Assembly (NCBI GenBank): GCA_039799905.1
Contig: JBDLRP010000043.1
Location: 1 to 31,476, forward strand
Reading direction: 5' to 3'
DNA: 31,476 nucleotides
From: Pseudomonadota bacterium
Lineage (GTDB): Bacteria; Bdellovibrionota_B; Oligoflexia; Silvanigrellales; Silvanigrellaceae
Each line of letters begins with the position of its first letter. Position 1 is the stretch's first letter. Positions 1 through 8,484 of this stretch are shown in pieces. The notes under the pieces were generated by a model, which was not told the DNA's origin, did not search any database, and saw nothing but the letters and a program-made list of their open reading frames with translations. The position numbers and the translations under genes were made by a program.

Positions 1-3000
1 TGCCGATTCTTTCGCCGGCTGAAATGCTCAGTGACAGCCGTTCCAAAACAGGCGGCAACTCCTTGCGGTAGCGGAGCGTGAGCTGCCGGAATTCAACAGT
101 TCCCGTTGCCGGCCACTGAGCGGGCGGATTTTGTCCGGCCCATTTTTCGCTCTCAGTGTCCGCATAGTGGGTGACCCGCTCGATGGCGTTCATGCTGCTT
201 TCCAATTCACTGACCATTCGCACGGCCCAATTGAGCGCGCCTGTGACAAGAAGCGCATAGGTGATCGACACGCCTGCGAAAGCCGTTGTCATTTTGCCAT
301 GCAACAGAAGTGCCGACGCAGCAGTGCAGCCAATCAACAAGGAGCCGATAAACTCGAGTCGGGTACCAAGCCAGCGGTTGAGAGAGATCATTGTGTAGAA
401 AGCTCGCTGATTGCCCTCAAACCGGCGGATGCTTTCGCGCACGAAGACGCTCTCCCGATTGAACGCACGGATTGTGCTCACGCCCAGAAGTGACTCGGAG
501 AAATGCGCATAGACGGGCGAGCGCGAAATGGACTCAAGCCTTTTGACTTCGCGTGAGGTGACACGAAAGGCATGTTGAATTTTGAAATAAATAAATGCCA
601 AAGGAATCAGCGCGAGTATCGCCACAGGAGTGGCTAGCGTCACGATCGTGAGAGTGGCACCAATCGTGAACAGACAGCCCAGCGCTTCCATCAGTGTGTT
701 GGGAATATGTTGGTCGATGGCTTCTGTGTCTTTACCGAATCTGTTCAAAATACGTCCGCTGGGTGTGCGTTCAAAAAATCCCATCGGCGCGCGCAGAACG
801 CCACCGAGCAGCCGTTCGTGCAGCGATTGGGCTGCCAGCACACCGCCGCGCGCTGCCATGTGGGTGCGTAAATACGTCATGGCTGTCGCGGCGAAACCCA
901 AAAACGCCAAGCCGGAAAGAAAAATCTCAACCGACCAGCTTTTGTGGGAAGTCCACCATGCGAGCCATGAATCGGCTCCGGCGTTGAATATTTCACGCAA
1001 AATAAACAGCGCGCCGAGTATCAAAAGCGCTCTGCCGGGGGCGAGTTCTGCGAGGTATTTCGAATAAAGCGCCTTCTCCACAGCCCCAACCTGACGCTCT
1101 TCGTCGACGACAAGTCTGCCTGCGTTGGGGTTGACGATGCGCGCCGGTGACTGGGTTGGCAGACCTGTGATGGGATGCTGCGGAGGCACCGATGAAACTG
1201 GGATTGAGTCGTCATTTACTGCAAGAATTTTTGTGGCCGAACCCTCGGCAGCATCACTGGCGAGCTCTTTCACCGCCAGTGGCGAAAGAGCCTCCAGCCG
1301 CAAGCCTGCGACTTGCAGTGTCTGCGCATCACGTTCGCGCAGTGCGTTGATCTCTTCCTTCGACAATTCACGCACAGCACCATCTTGAATCCACAAAACA
1401 CGATCCGCCTTGGCGGCGTGCTCTGCGTTGTGGGTCACTAGAATGCGCGTCTTGCCCGCAAGAAGCGTGCGCAGGCAGTGTTTAAAAATGTTTTTTCCAA
1501 CTTTGCTGTCGACGGCGCTCAGCGGACTGTCGAGTAAATAAATGTCGGCGTTGGAGAACACCGCCCGTGCGAGTGAAATGCGCTGTTTCTGGCCACCCGA
1601 CAGATTGACGCCACGTTCGCCGATTTCAGTTTCGTCGCCCTGCGCCAGCTGCGACAAATCATCCTCAAGAGCGCACGCAGCAATCGTATTGCGATACAAA
1701 AATTCGTTTTCAGTGTGACCGAATGTTATGTTTTCGCGCACCGTGCCGTTGAGAATCCAGGGCAGCTGCGAAACGAAGGCAAAGCGTCCGTGCGAACTCA
1801 CCAAACTATGCGAGTTCTCAAGTTCATTCATGAGCGTTTGCAGAAAACTGCTTTTGCCGCCGCCCACAGGACCGAGAACGACGATGAACTCGCCGCTGCG
1901 GATGTTCATATCGGGCAGCTGCAGATGCGCCGACTGGCCGCCCCAGTGAACGCTGCCGGCGCGCATGCAAATTGCTCCGACGGGCAACGCCGCGTCGCTA
2001 TTTTTTTGCGGCAGCTCGTCGCGCGCAAGAAAAGATTCGATGCGGCTAGTTGCGATGTTGGCGTCGATGTATCCGGAGAATGTCATCGGCAGCTGCGACA
2101 TAATCGGCCTGAGGATACCGAAAAATGCGAGAGCGCTGAAGACGTCTTCCACGTTCAGGGTTTGACCCGCGAGCAGCCGTGCGCTGAAAGTGGCAAGTCC
2201 GACGAGGATTGGTGTGCTGAGAAACAATATATTGACCAGCGCATTTTCACGGGCAAGGCTGTGCAATTCGAGTAGCTCTTGCCCGCGGATTTTTCCTATC
2301 CGTGAGAGGAAGCTTTTTTCCCATGCATAAAATTTGATGACGCGGATGCCATTGAGAATTTCGCTCATCAGGCTGACGCGGCGATCGCTGTGTTCCATGA
2401 GCCGGCGTCTGCCGGACATCATCTTTTTTGCACGCCGGGATGAAAAATAAAGCATAACCGCCATCATCGCGAGGCCCGCGAGTGTTGCCGGACCCATAAT
2501 GTAAAAAAGCGCGCTGATGATGACGATCGTTTGCACGGGAAGCACCCAAGCGGAGTGCAGCATGCTTGCAACGTTGTAAACGCGCGCCGCGTCGTTGGCC
2601 ATCAGATTGACGATTTCGCCGGTGCTCGACTGTGAACGCGAGCGATGGCTGAGTTGCAGAGCTTTTTGGTAGATTGCAACCACCAGTCCAGCGCGAATCC
2701 GCATGCCGAGCTTGAGTGACGCATGATACACGTGATGAATGCTGATGTTCGCAGCCAATGCGGTAGTCGCCAGTGCTGCGGCAAGCAGCCAGCCTGTGCG
2801 ACCGATGGGAGTTGTTCGGTTGAGCGTTTGTAGCAGTTCGCGGATGATCAGCGGATTTGCAGTCACACAAATCAGGTTGAAAAACGCAAGACAGCTGATT
2901 TTGAAAAAAGTTCTCTTGTGCAGTGCCCAGAGAGTTGCAATCACCGGACGGCGTTGCGTGCCGGCGTTACTTTTGAATGCCGTTGCGAACGCCTCACCGC

Positions 3001-3145
3001 ACATTGCAGAGTCTTCGGCTTTGTTGAGCTTCAGAAGATGCTCATCAGCGATGTGCTGTTTTTTTCCGATCTCGATCAGCGGCGAGACCCAATGGAAAAA
3101 AATATGCCGATACCAGGGGCTGTGTTCTTCCTGCGGCTGGTGCAT
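1..3145 (-). CDS. Full-length ABCC/MRP-type ABC exporter (TMD1-NBD1-TMD2-NBD2), 3' end outside window
   Basis: Translated by hand in segments (absent from ORF track because it runs off the edge). ATG at 3145, 12 nt after the upstream TGA. Lasso-like start MHQPQEEHSPWYRHIFFHWVSPLIEIGKK; ABCC motif MSEILNGIRVIKFYAWE (~2318-2368); Walker A GPVGGGKSS (~1848-1874); signature LSGGQKQRISLARA; Walker B IYLLDSPLSAVD; RLVVDEERQVGAV before TMD2; NBD2 entry WPATGTVEF...RYRKELPPVL at the edge. Confidence 0.93.
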   Translation of the reverse strand, partial: MHQPQEEHSPWYRHIFFHWVSPLIEIGKKQHIADEHLLKLNKAEDSAMCGEAFATAFKSNAGTQRRPVIATLWALHKRTFFKISCLAFFNLICVTANPLIIRELLQTLNRTTPIGRTGWLLAAALATTALAANISIHHVYHASLKLGMRIRAGLVVAIYQKALQLSHRSRSQSSTGEIVNLMANDAARVYNVASMLHSAWVLPVQTIVIISALFYIMGPATLAGLAMMAVMLYFSSRRAKKMMSGRRRLMEHSDRRVSLMSEILNGIRVIKFYAWEKSFLSRIGKIRGQELLELHSLARENALVNILFLSTPILVGLATFSARLLAGQTLNVEDVFSALAFFGILRPIMSQLPMTFSGYIDANIATSRIESFLARDELPQKNSDAALPVGAICMRAGSVHWGGQSAHLQLPDMNIRSGEFIVVLGPVGGGKSSFLQTLMNELENSHSLVSSHGRFAFVSQLPWILNGTVRENITFGHTENEFLYRNTIAACALEDDLSQLAQGDETEIGERGVNLSGGQKQRISLARAVFSNADIYLLDSPLSAVDSKVGKNIFKHCLRTLLAGKTRILVTHNAEHAAKADRVLWIQDGAVRELSKEEINALRERDAQTLQVAGLRLEALSPLAVKELASDAAEGSATKILAVNDDSIPVSSVPPQHPITGLPTQSPARIVNPNAGRLVVDEERQVGAVEKALYSKYLAELAPGRALLILGALFILREIFNAGADSWLAWWTSHKSWSVEIFLSGLAFLGFAATAMTYLRTHMAARGGVLAAQSLHERLLGGVLRAPMGFFERTPSGRILNRFGKDTEAIDQHIPNTLMEALGCLFTIGATLTIVTLATPVAILALIPLAFIYFKIQHAFRVTSREVKRLESISRSPVYAHFSESLLGVSTIRAFNRESVFVRESIRRFEGNQRAFYTMISLNRWLGTRLEFIGSLLIGCTAASALLLHGKMTTAFAGVSITYALLVTGALNWAVRMVSELESSMNAIERVTHYADTESEKWAGQNPPAQWPATGTVEFRQLTLRYRKELPPVLERLSLSISAGERIG

Positions 3146-3157
3146 TGTTGGGAACCT

Positions 3158-4378
3158 TCAGGCTTGTGCAAACGGAGTCAGGGTGCGCGCCCACGTTACT
3201 AACCCGTTCCACCCCTCGGGGCCAAATCTTTTTCCGTGCTGTAGCGCATTTTGACGCATGGCTGGCAGGACGTCCGGTTGGTTGCAGAGTACCAGCGCTT
3301 TGGTGAGTGTCTCGGCGAGCTTTGCGGTGCTGCCGTTTTGATACAGAAGTGCGCAGCTGCCGGGAAGTACCTCTGCCAATGCGCCCGCATCGCTGCTCAC
3401 CAGCGGTGTCCCCTGTTGCAAAAATTCGACCGCCACGCGGCAAATCACTTCACTGCCAAGGCTCGGAATCAAGCCGAAGCTCGATTGTCTCATCCATAGT
3501 GCAACGTTGCGGACACGCTCGTCGATAATCAACAGACGCAATCTTTTTTCAGGAACTTCAATCAATCGGCTTTTCTCGGTGAGTTTTTGCTCGCGCACGG
3601 CAAAAACGGCGCATGCATGTTCGACAAGCGATTCGGCTGAAACATTCTGCGATTCGCCGATGAAAACCACCTGCAGCCATTGTTCTTTTCGCAAATAAGG
3701 CGAAAAGTCGGCCAAAAAAAGCGCATCGATAGTCTCTTTGTGTCCTTTGACAGGATCGTAGCGTCCGACGACAGTGAAGGTCGGATGCGAGAAATCAATC
3801 GAATATTGGCGCGAAACTGCGACCTGCTGAGCGGGTGCTGACAGTTCGATGACCGGTTGTGCGAGCTTGGCGGTGCAATACGGATGTACCAATTTCATGG
3901 TCTCGGGCAGGCTGAACGGTGTTCGTTTTTGAACAACTTGTGCGACGAACGCCACGCCCGAAACTCCACTTTTGTAGACCCATTTGTTGAGCGCGCTCGC
4001 CTTGACCGGATTCGCCTGCCCGCGCACACGCACCAATCGCGTCGAAGCCCATAACTTCTTGTGGAGCAGGCGGTGAAGTGCGCACAGTGTGTGTTCACGA
4101 CCCTCAAACACCCACACCACCGAAGGCTTGTGGGATTTGACGAGTTCGCCGACCGCATGCCAAGTCACCAAAAATCTCGTCAATGAAAATGGAAAGAGCG
4201 GAATTGCGTTTGTTGGCAGCGAGATCTGCGCAGCCTTGCGAAGGGCAATGCTTCCCGCTGGCGCGCAGTACAGAACTTTGCTTGTTTGACGCGACGAAAC
4301 GTACTGCGCCAGCTGCAAGCTGTAGTCTGTGACCGCAGAAAACCACGGGTTTGAATTGAGAACTATCTGGAAATCCAT
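3158..4378 (-). CDS. GT-B fold glycosyltransferase, family 4-like
   Basis: VVGRYDPVKGH and PSLGSEVICRVAVEFLQQGTPLVSSDAGALAEV (EX7E motif) of the Glycos_transf_1 C-terminal domain; start overlaps the methyltransferase stop. Confidence 0.88.
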   Translation of the reverse strand: MDFQIVLNSNPWFSAVTDYSLQLAQYVSSRQTSKVLYCAPAGSIALRKAAQISLPTNAIPLFPFSLTRFLVTWHAVGELVKSHKPSVVWVFEGREHTLCALHRLLHKKLWASTRLVRVRGQANPVKASALNKWVYKSGVSGVAFVAQVVQKRTPFSLPETMKLVHPYCTAKLAQPVIELSAPAQQVAVSRQYSIDFSHPTFTVVGRYDPVKGHKETIDALFLADFSPYLRKEQWLQVVFIGESQNVSAESLVEHACAVFAVREQKLTEKSRLIEVPEKRLRLLIIDERVRNVALWMRQSSFGLIPSLGSEVICRVAVEFLQQGTPLVSSDAGALAEVLPGSCALLYQNGSTAKLAETLTKALVLCNQPDVLPAMRQNALQHGKRFGPEGWNGLVTWARTLTPFAQA

Positions 4379-5409
4379 TCGCCTGCGCCAACTTTCCTGA
4401 AAACAAGAACAATGTTGGACGAGATATTGCCACGCTCTTCCTCGCTGACAAGGGTTTGAACGGGAGCAGGCTTGGATGAATGTGAAGAAAGTGTGCCCAA
4501 GTCATAGCTTTTTGCTTCGTGCGCAATAAGCTGCAGGCCTTCTTTTTCTGCCCAATTGAGCACATCGTTCACGCCTAGCGGATGATCCGAGGGGTGCAAG
4601 AAGGCGTCGGCGATGCGTGCGAGTGAAAAGCCTACGTAGCGGAATCTGAGCGAAAGCGTTTTACGGGCAAGAAGGGGAATGCTCATCCGCCAAAGCAGAA
4701 GCTTCAAGCTGGTCAAAAAAAGCGAGTACTTGGCGAAGCGACCGATTGCTGCGCTTTGTTCATCACTTTGTGGCGCACTTTGACCCATTCCCCACAAGCT
4801 CAAGAATTTCTTCTGCAACCCGCGCTCCAAACGTCGTCCGGTGCGTGAATAAATCATCAACCGCAGGGTCCCGTCGAGTTCGAGCGATTGCGCCATGGCG
4901 CTCATCATTTTTTGCGGCTGCGGCTGGTGGTGCAATACGCCGAAGCATTGGATGTGCGAAAATAGACCTTCTTCGCCCAAGGCGGCGCAGGCGTCGCCGT
5001 GAATGAGGCGTACAGGCCGGAGCCGGTGCCAGCCGATTTTTCGCTGTGCGCGACGGAGTGATTTCAAACTGAGGTCGATTCCGACGATCGGATTGTGCGG
5101 ATGTAGAAGGCGAAAGAGCAACGGTTCGTCGGTGCCGCAACCGACGAGCGCGATTTTTTTGTTGTTGGCGAACGCATGTCGGACGTCGCGCAAGTGCAGG
5201 TCTGCAATCGCTGCAGCACCCATTGATGCACCTTTTTCAGCGAGAATCCTGGCAAATCCGGCATGGGATTCGATGCTGCCCTCGGGGTCCGGCCGCAAAA
5301 AAAACGGCCTGTTTGGATAGGGGAACAGTTCATAGAAAAACTGCATCCTGTCCAGAAAGCCGCTGGCAGTTGAAAGTTCTGAATTTATTGAATCTTCGAG
5401 AGCACGCAT
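4363..5409 (-). CDS. Class I SAM-dependent methyltransferase
   Basis: FFYELFPYP N-terminal motif, LVGCGT motif I, GIDLS, HGDA, CFGVLHH, LELDGTLRLMIYS. Start moved from 5613 to ATG 5409 (MRALEDS) because the longer version overlaps the ketosynthase gene by >200 nt. Confidence 0.85.
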   Translation of the reverse strand: MRALEDSINSELSTASGFLDRMQFFYELFPYPNRPFFLRPDPEGSIESHAGFARILAEKGASMGAAAIADLHLRDVRHAFANNKKIALVGCGTDEPLLFRLLHPHNPIVGIDLSLKSLRRAQRKIGWHRLRPVRLIHGDACAALGEEGLFSHIQCFGVLHHQPQPQKMMSAMAQSLELDGTLRLMIYSRTGRRLERGLQKKFLSLWGMGQSAPQSDEQSAAIGRFAKYSLFLTSLKLLLWRMSIPLLARKTLSLRFRYVGFSLARIADAFLHPSDHPLGVNDVLNWAEKEGLQLIAHEAKSYDLGTLSSHSSKPAPVQTLVSEEERGNISSNIVLVFRKVGAGEWISR

Positions 5410-7019
5410 GATGAGATCCCACCAATCCCCATGCTCAGTTTGCCGCAAATCAGTCCGTTTGGCGCTTCCAATGTCACTGGCTTGTCTGTTGCCAGCTGTC
5501 GACCCACGTCGCGGATGCTCGGATGAACGCGGTCGGCTGCAATTCCCGAGCCGATGAGGGTGTAGGTTTTGCCGTTTTTGCGAGTTGTCAGAAGTTGTGC
5601 GGTGAGTTCCCATCCGCCGCAGGTGGACATGCCGTGTCCGAAAATTCCTTTGCGGGCCGTGACAACCGTTGATGCAGGCAAATTGTCGATGAGCTTGAAC
5701 TCAGACCAATCCCCTGGCGTACCGGTTGCGTGCATGTCCCACGTGTGGACATCCTGAGGCGAAATGCCAGCTTGGGTAAATGCATCGCGTATGCACAGCT
5801 TGGGCCCTTCCATTGACGGCGTGATGATGTGCTCGGCATCAGAGCTGAGCCCCACACCCATGATTTCAACGCCCAACGACTTTTGTCCGAGTTTTTCCAT
5901 CACGTCATCGGCGGCAAGTATCCAAGTGCATGCACCTCCGGCCACGTGCGTGCCGCGCAAGTTGCACAATGGCACACCTACATCGCAGCCGGCTGCAAGC
6001 ACTTTGGCTGCATTGAAACCAGCAACGAGTTCAGGCGGCGGGGCAAGGTCGGTGGTGCCGATGATCGCCGCGTCGTAATCGCCGCAGCGGATGCCGTCGA
6101 GGGCCTGCCGCAGTACCAAACCGAAAGTTGCGCACGCACCAATCGATGCAAACGAAACTCCGTGAATTCCGTGCAGCATCGAAACCTGCGCGGCCGGCGC
6201 GTTGGGCAGATTCCACAGCATATTGGCATTCACCGCTTCCCAAGGTGGCAGCGGATGTTTCCACTTATCTTGAAGTGCCTTTTTCGCTTTCGCTTTGGCT
6301 CGGATGACGTTCAGTTTGTCGTTGGCAACGTCGGCGCCGATTGTAATCGACTCCATTTCATTGAACTCGCGCAGGTAATCCTGCAAGCCGTCGGACTTCT
6401 TACACCAATATGAATTCCAAGATTCCCATGCGGCAGCGCGTTCGGGGCTGTCGATTTCGAGTGTGGTCGGTGAAACGGGTGCCTCGGCATCGACGCGCGT
6501 GCCGTTGATGTGTTGTGCCAGCGGTTTGCAGCGTTCGGGGTGGGCCCAAAACTTGTGCCATGCGCGTTCTGCGGCTTTGTATTCGTCATGGCCGTTGAAG
6601 TAGGCTTGAATGTCGCCAAATCCGCTGCCGTAGCAAACGTAAACCCGCGGGTCGATCTTCTTGAGCGCCTGCTCGAGACCGGGGTTGCTTTCCAGCGCGT
6701 CAATCGACGTCCCAATCGCCATGCGCACATGCGACAGGCCTTTATCGGAAAGCTGTGAGAATTTGTTGGGGGCGTGCCGTTGAGTGATCCAGTCGCGATA
6801 GACTTCAAAATCAAATTTCGGCTTTCCTACGAGGAACGCGCCCTGAAGCTCTTCGATGGGGCTGAGGGCGGGCTTGCCTTCCTGAACCAACGCGAGGAAT
6901 TCCCGCAAGTTGGCGGCCCCCGGTGAAACGATTCCGACTCCGTAGAGCGAAACCTTGCGTTTTGTTTTGGATTGTCCGCTAGTTCCCGTTGCAGAATGAA
7001 AAGCCGAAGTTGCAGCCAC
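5385..7019 (-). CDS. Beta-ketoacyl synthase (KAS I/II, FabF-like) with large internal insertion
   Basis: GVGIVSP, GSGFG, catalytic Cys in IGACATFG (C296), DMHATGT, RKGIFGH, C-terminal SMGIGG; GTG start preceded by GGAGG; 544 aa. Confidence 0.9.
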   Translation of the reverse strand: MAATSAFHSATGTSGQSKTKRKVSLYGVGIVSPGAANLREFLALVQEGKPALSPIEELQGAFLVGKPKFDFEVYRDWITQRHAPNKFSQLSDKGLSHVRMAIGTSIDALESNPGLEQALKKIDPRVYVCYGSGFGDIQAYFNGHDEYKAAERAWHKFWAHPERCKPLAQHINGTRVDAEAPVSPTTLEIDSPERAAAWESWNSYWCKKSDGLQDYLREFNEMESITIGADVANDKLNVIRAKAKAKKALQDKWKHPLPPWEAVNANMLWNLPNAPAAQVSMLHGIHGVSFASIGACATFGLVLRQALDGIRCGDYDAAIIGTTDLAPPPELVAGFNAAKVLAAGCDVGVPLCNLRGTHVAGGACTWILAADDVMEKLGQKSLGVEIMGVGLSSDAEHIITPSMEGPKLCIRDAFTQAGISPQDVHTWDMHATGTPGDWSEFKLIDNLPASTVVTARKGIFGHGMSTCGGWELTAQLLTTRKNGKTYTLIGSGIAADRVHPSIRDVGRQLATDKPVTLEAPNGLICGKLSMGIGGISSCVLSKIQ

Positions 7020-7038
7020 CCGTCAGACCCTCCGTACG

Positions 7039-7085
7039 GCCGCGCTCGGGCAGGACTCCCGTGTGGGCGCGGCATCGACATTCTA
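7039..7085 (-). promoter_or_regulatory. Putative -10 box (TAGAAT) and GC-rich 5' leader hairpin of the ketosynthase operon
   Basis: TAGAAT at 7080-7085 on the minus strand; stem GCCGCGC/GCGCGGC (7039-7045 with 7067-7073) plus inner CGGG/CCCG; no convincing -35. Confidence 0.4.
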
Positions 7086-7155
7086 AGTGCTCAAAGTCCT
7101 GAAAAACGTCTGGAGTTCATGCCTGATTTCAGAGGGTCGGGCAAGCAGAGAGGTC

Positions 7156-7184
7156 TTGACTAATGGGGCCTGACTGGTTAAAGC
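7156..7184 (+). promoter_or_regulatory. Putative sigma70 promoter of tRNA-His
   Basis: TTGACT (7156-7161), 17-nt spacer, TAAAGC (7179-7184), 15 nt before the tRNA; the -10 is imperfect. Confidence 0.45.
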
Positions 7185-7199
7185 CTCGCCAACCGTCGT

Positions 7200-7276
7200 G
7201 GTGGCTGTAGTCAAGCGGTTAAGACAATGGATTGTGATTCCATCATGCGCGGGTTCAAATCCCGTCAGCCACCCCA
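7200..7276 (+). tRNA. tRNA-His (anticodon GUG)
   Basis: Acceptor GTGGCTG/CAGCCAC, D-arm GTC..GAC, anticodon arm ATGGA-TTGTGAT-TCCAT, T-arm GCGGG-TTCAAAT-CCCGT, C73 discriminator, encoded CCA and G-1 at 7200. Confidence 0.98.
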
Positions 7277-7410
7277 TCCTTTTTAGTCTCAAGTACACCC
7301 AGGCAACCAGCTCCGCACTTGGTGCTAGTTTTTATTCACAGAGTCGACTGTCGGATTCGTGCATTCAGTTATTTAAACTCCGCTCGCCTCGCTTCAGTGT
7401 TTTGGACCTC

Positions 7411-7521
7411 TCATAGTTTCGAGAAGCGAATTGCCGCACACATAAAGCGATATCCATGAACCGTGCAGAAGATTCCTGCAACGACGAGGCCGACGAGTTC
7501 AAGGCCATTATTGGGGTCCAT
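7411..7521 (-). CDS. 36-aa putative single-pass membrane peptide (below ORF-track cutoff)
   Basis: AAGGAG 7 nt before ATG; MDPNNGLELVGLVVAGIFCTVHGYRFMCAAIRFSKL*; same strand as the two upstream orphans. Confidence 0.55.
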   Translation of the reverse strand: MDPNNGLELVGLVVAGIFCTVHGYRFMCAAIRFSKL

Positions 7522-7629
7522 AGGGTTTCTCCTTGCTTGCCAATTGGGCGCGTTCCAAAGATTCAATAACAAGAGTCAGCCCCCAAAAAAGCATTCCAAA
7601 TAAAGAAACAAACATACTTGCAAGTGGGA

Positions 7630-8097
7630 TCACGGGAGTGGTTCCTTTCTTCTTGTCACCTTGGAGGGGTCACACTTCACACCCTGCTTAGCCAACATGG
7701 CGCACATGTTTGTAACGATCTCTAAGTCATCTTCTGTGCTGTCACAGGGGATGTGGTTAAGCACAAAGCTGGCGATTGGTGCGACGACCGATACTGTAAA
7801 TCCGAAAGCAACCTTGGCCTGCATTGGCAGTGGTGCTCCTAGAGCACAAATTCCCAGCGTGACTTGTGTTGCTTCAATGCCAGCTCGGAATGCACGTTGG
7901 GTGCGGCAGCTCATTGCCTCCCAATCCTCAACAAACGACAACGGTGCGTCGCGGCATTCTTCCACTTTGACAACTTGGTATGAGCCACCGGAGTTATCGG
8001 AGTAGGTTTCTCCCGGGAAAATTCCAGGATTTGCGCTGGCGGTTCCTGCAAAACATAAAATGGATATTAGTGCTGAAATTCTGAGGTACTTTGTCAT
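7630..8097 (-). CDS. Secreted hypothetical protein with hydrophobic segment and several Cys
   Basis: Signal peptide MTKYLRISALISILCFAGTASA; ATGA 4-nt overlap with the upstream gene. Confidence 0.8.
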   Translation of the reverse strand: MTKYLRISALISILCFAGTASANPGIFPGETYSDNSGGSYQVVKVEECRDAPLSFVEDWEAMSCRTQRAFRAGIEATQVTLGICALGAPLPMQAKVAFGFTVSVVAPIASFVLNHIPCDSTEDDLEIVTNMCAMLAKQGVKCDPSKVTRRKEPLP

Positions 8098-8444
8098 CTC
8101 TGCACATCCTCAATGACAATTTGCCCTTGCTTGTTGAAGCGCCAAGTCATCGACTTCGCGTCCTTGGGATAGTGAGCGACAGCCTTGGTAAAGAGCCTGT
8201 GAAGCGCGGCATCGTCATTCGACATCGCCCCCTTTTCTGTCACGGCATGTTCAGTGCTCCACTCTCCACACACCTGAGTGCAGTCTTGGGACCATGCCGT
8301 GCAGCTGCCGTACTCATCCTGCTGTGTGCAGGTATTGGTGCATTGGGTGACCCATCGTGTACAGGTGGCCGCACTGGCCGAGGATAATGCTAAAAAAGCG
8401 CAGCCTAATGTGGCGGGCAGCGCAAGAATCATTCTTTGAATCAC
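8094..8444 (-). CDS. Small secreted Cys-rich hypothetical protein
   Basis: Start set at GTG 8444 (AGAGGA 9 nt upstream; ATG 8432 is an alternative) because a sigma54 promoter lies inside the longer ORF-track version; signal peptide ending ASA; two CTxWxxxCTxxC repeats. Confidence 0.78.
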   Translation of the reverse strand: MIQRMILALPATLGCAFLALSSASAATCTRWVTQCTNTCTQQDEYGSCTAWSQDCTQVCGEWSTEHAVTEKGAMSNDDAALHRLFTKAVAHYPKDAKSMTWRFNKQGQIVIEDVQR

Positions 8445-8484
8445 AATTTTTTTTCCTCTGCGCTCCATTGCGCGGGGATACTTG

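Noticed and set aside
131..3254. Many short ORFs from the track between 131 and 3254
   Set aside because: Antisense or off-frame shadows of the ABCC gene, which the track missed.
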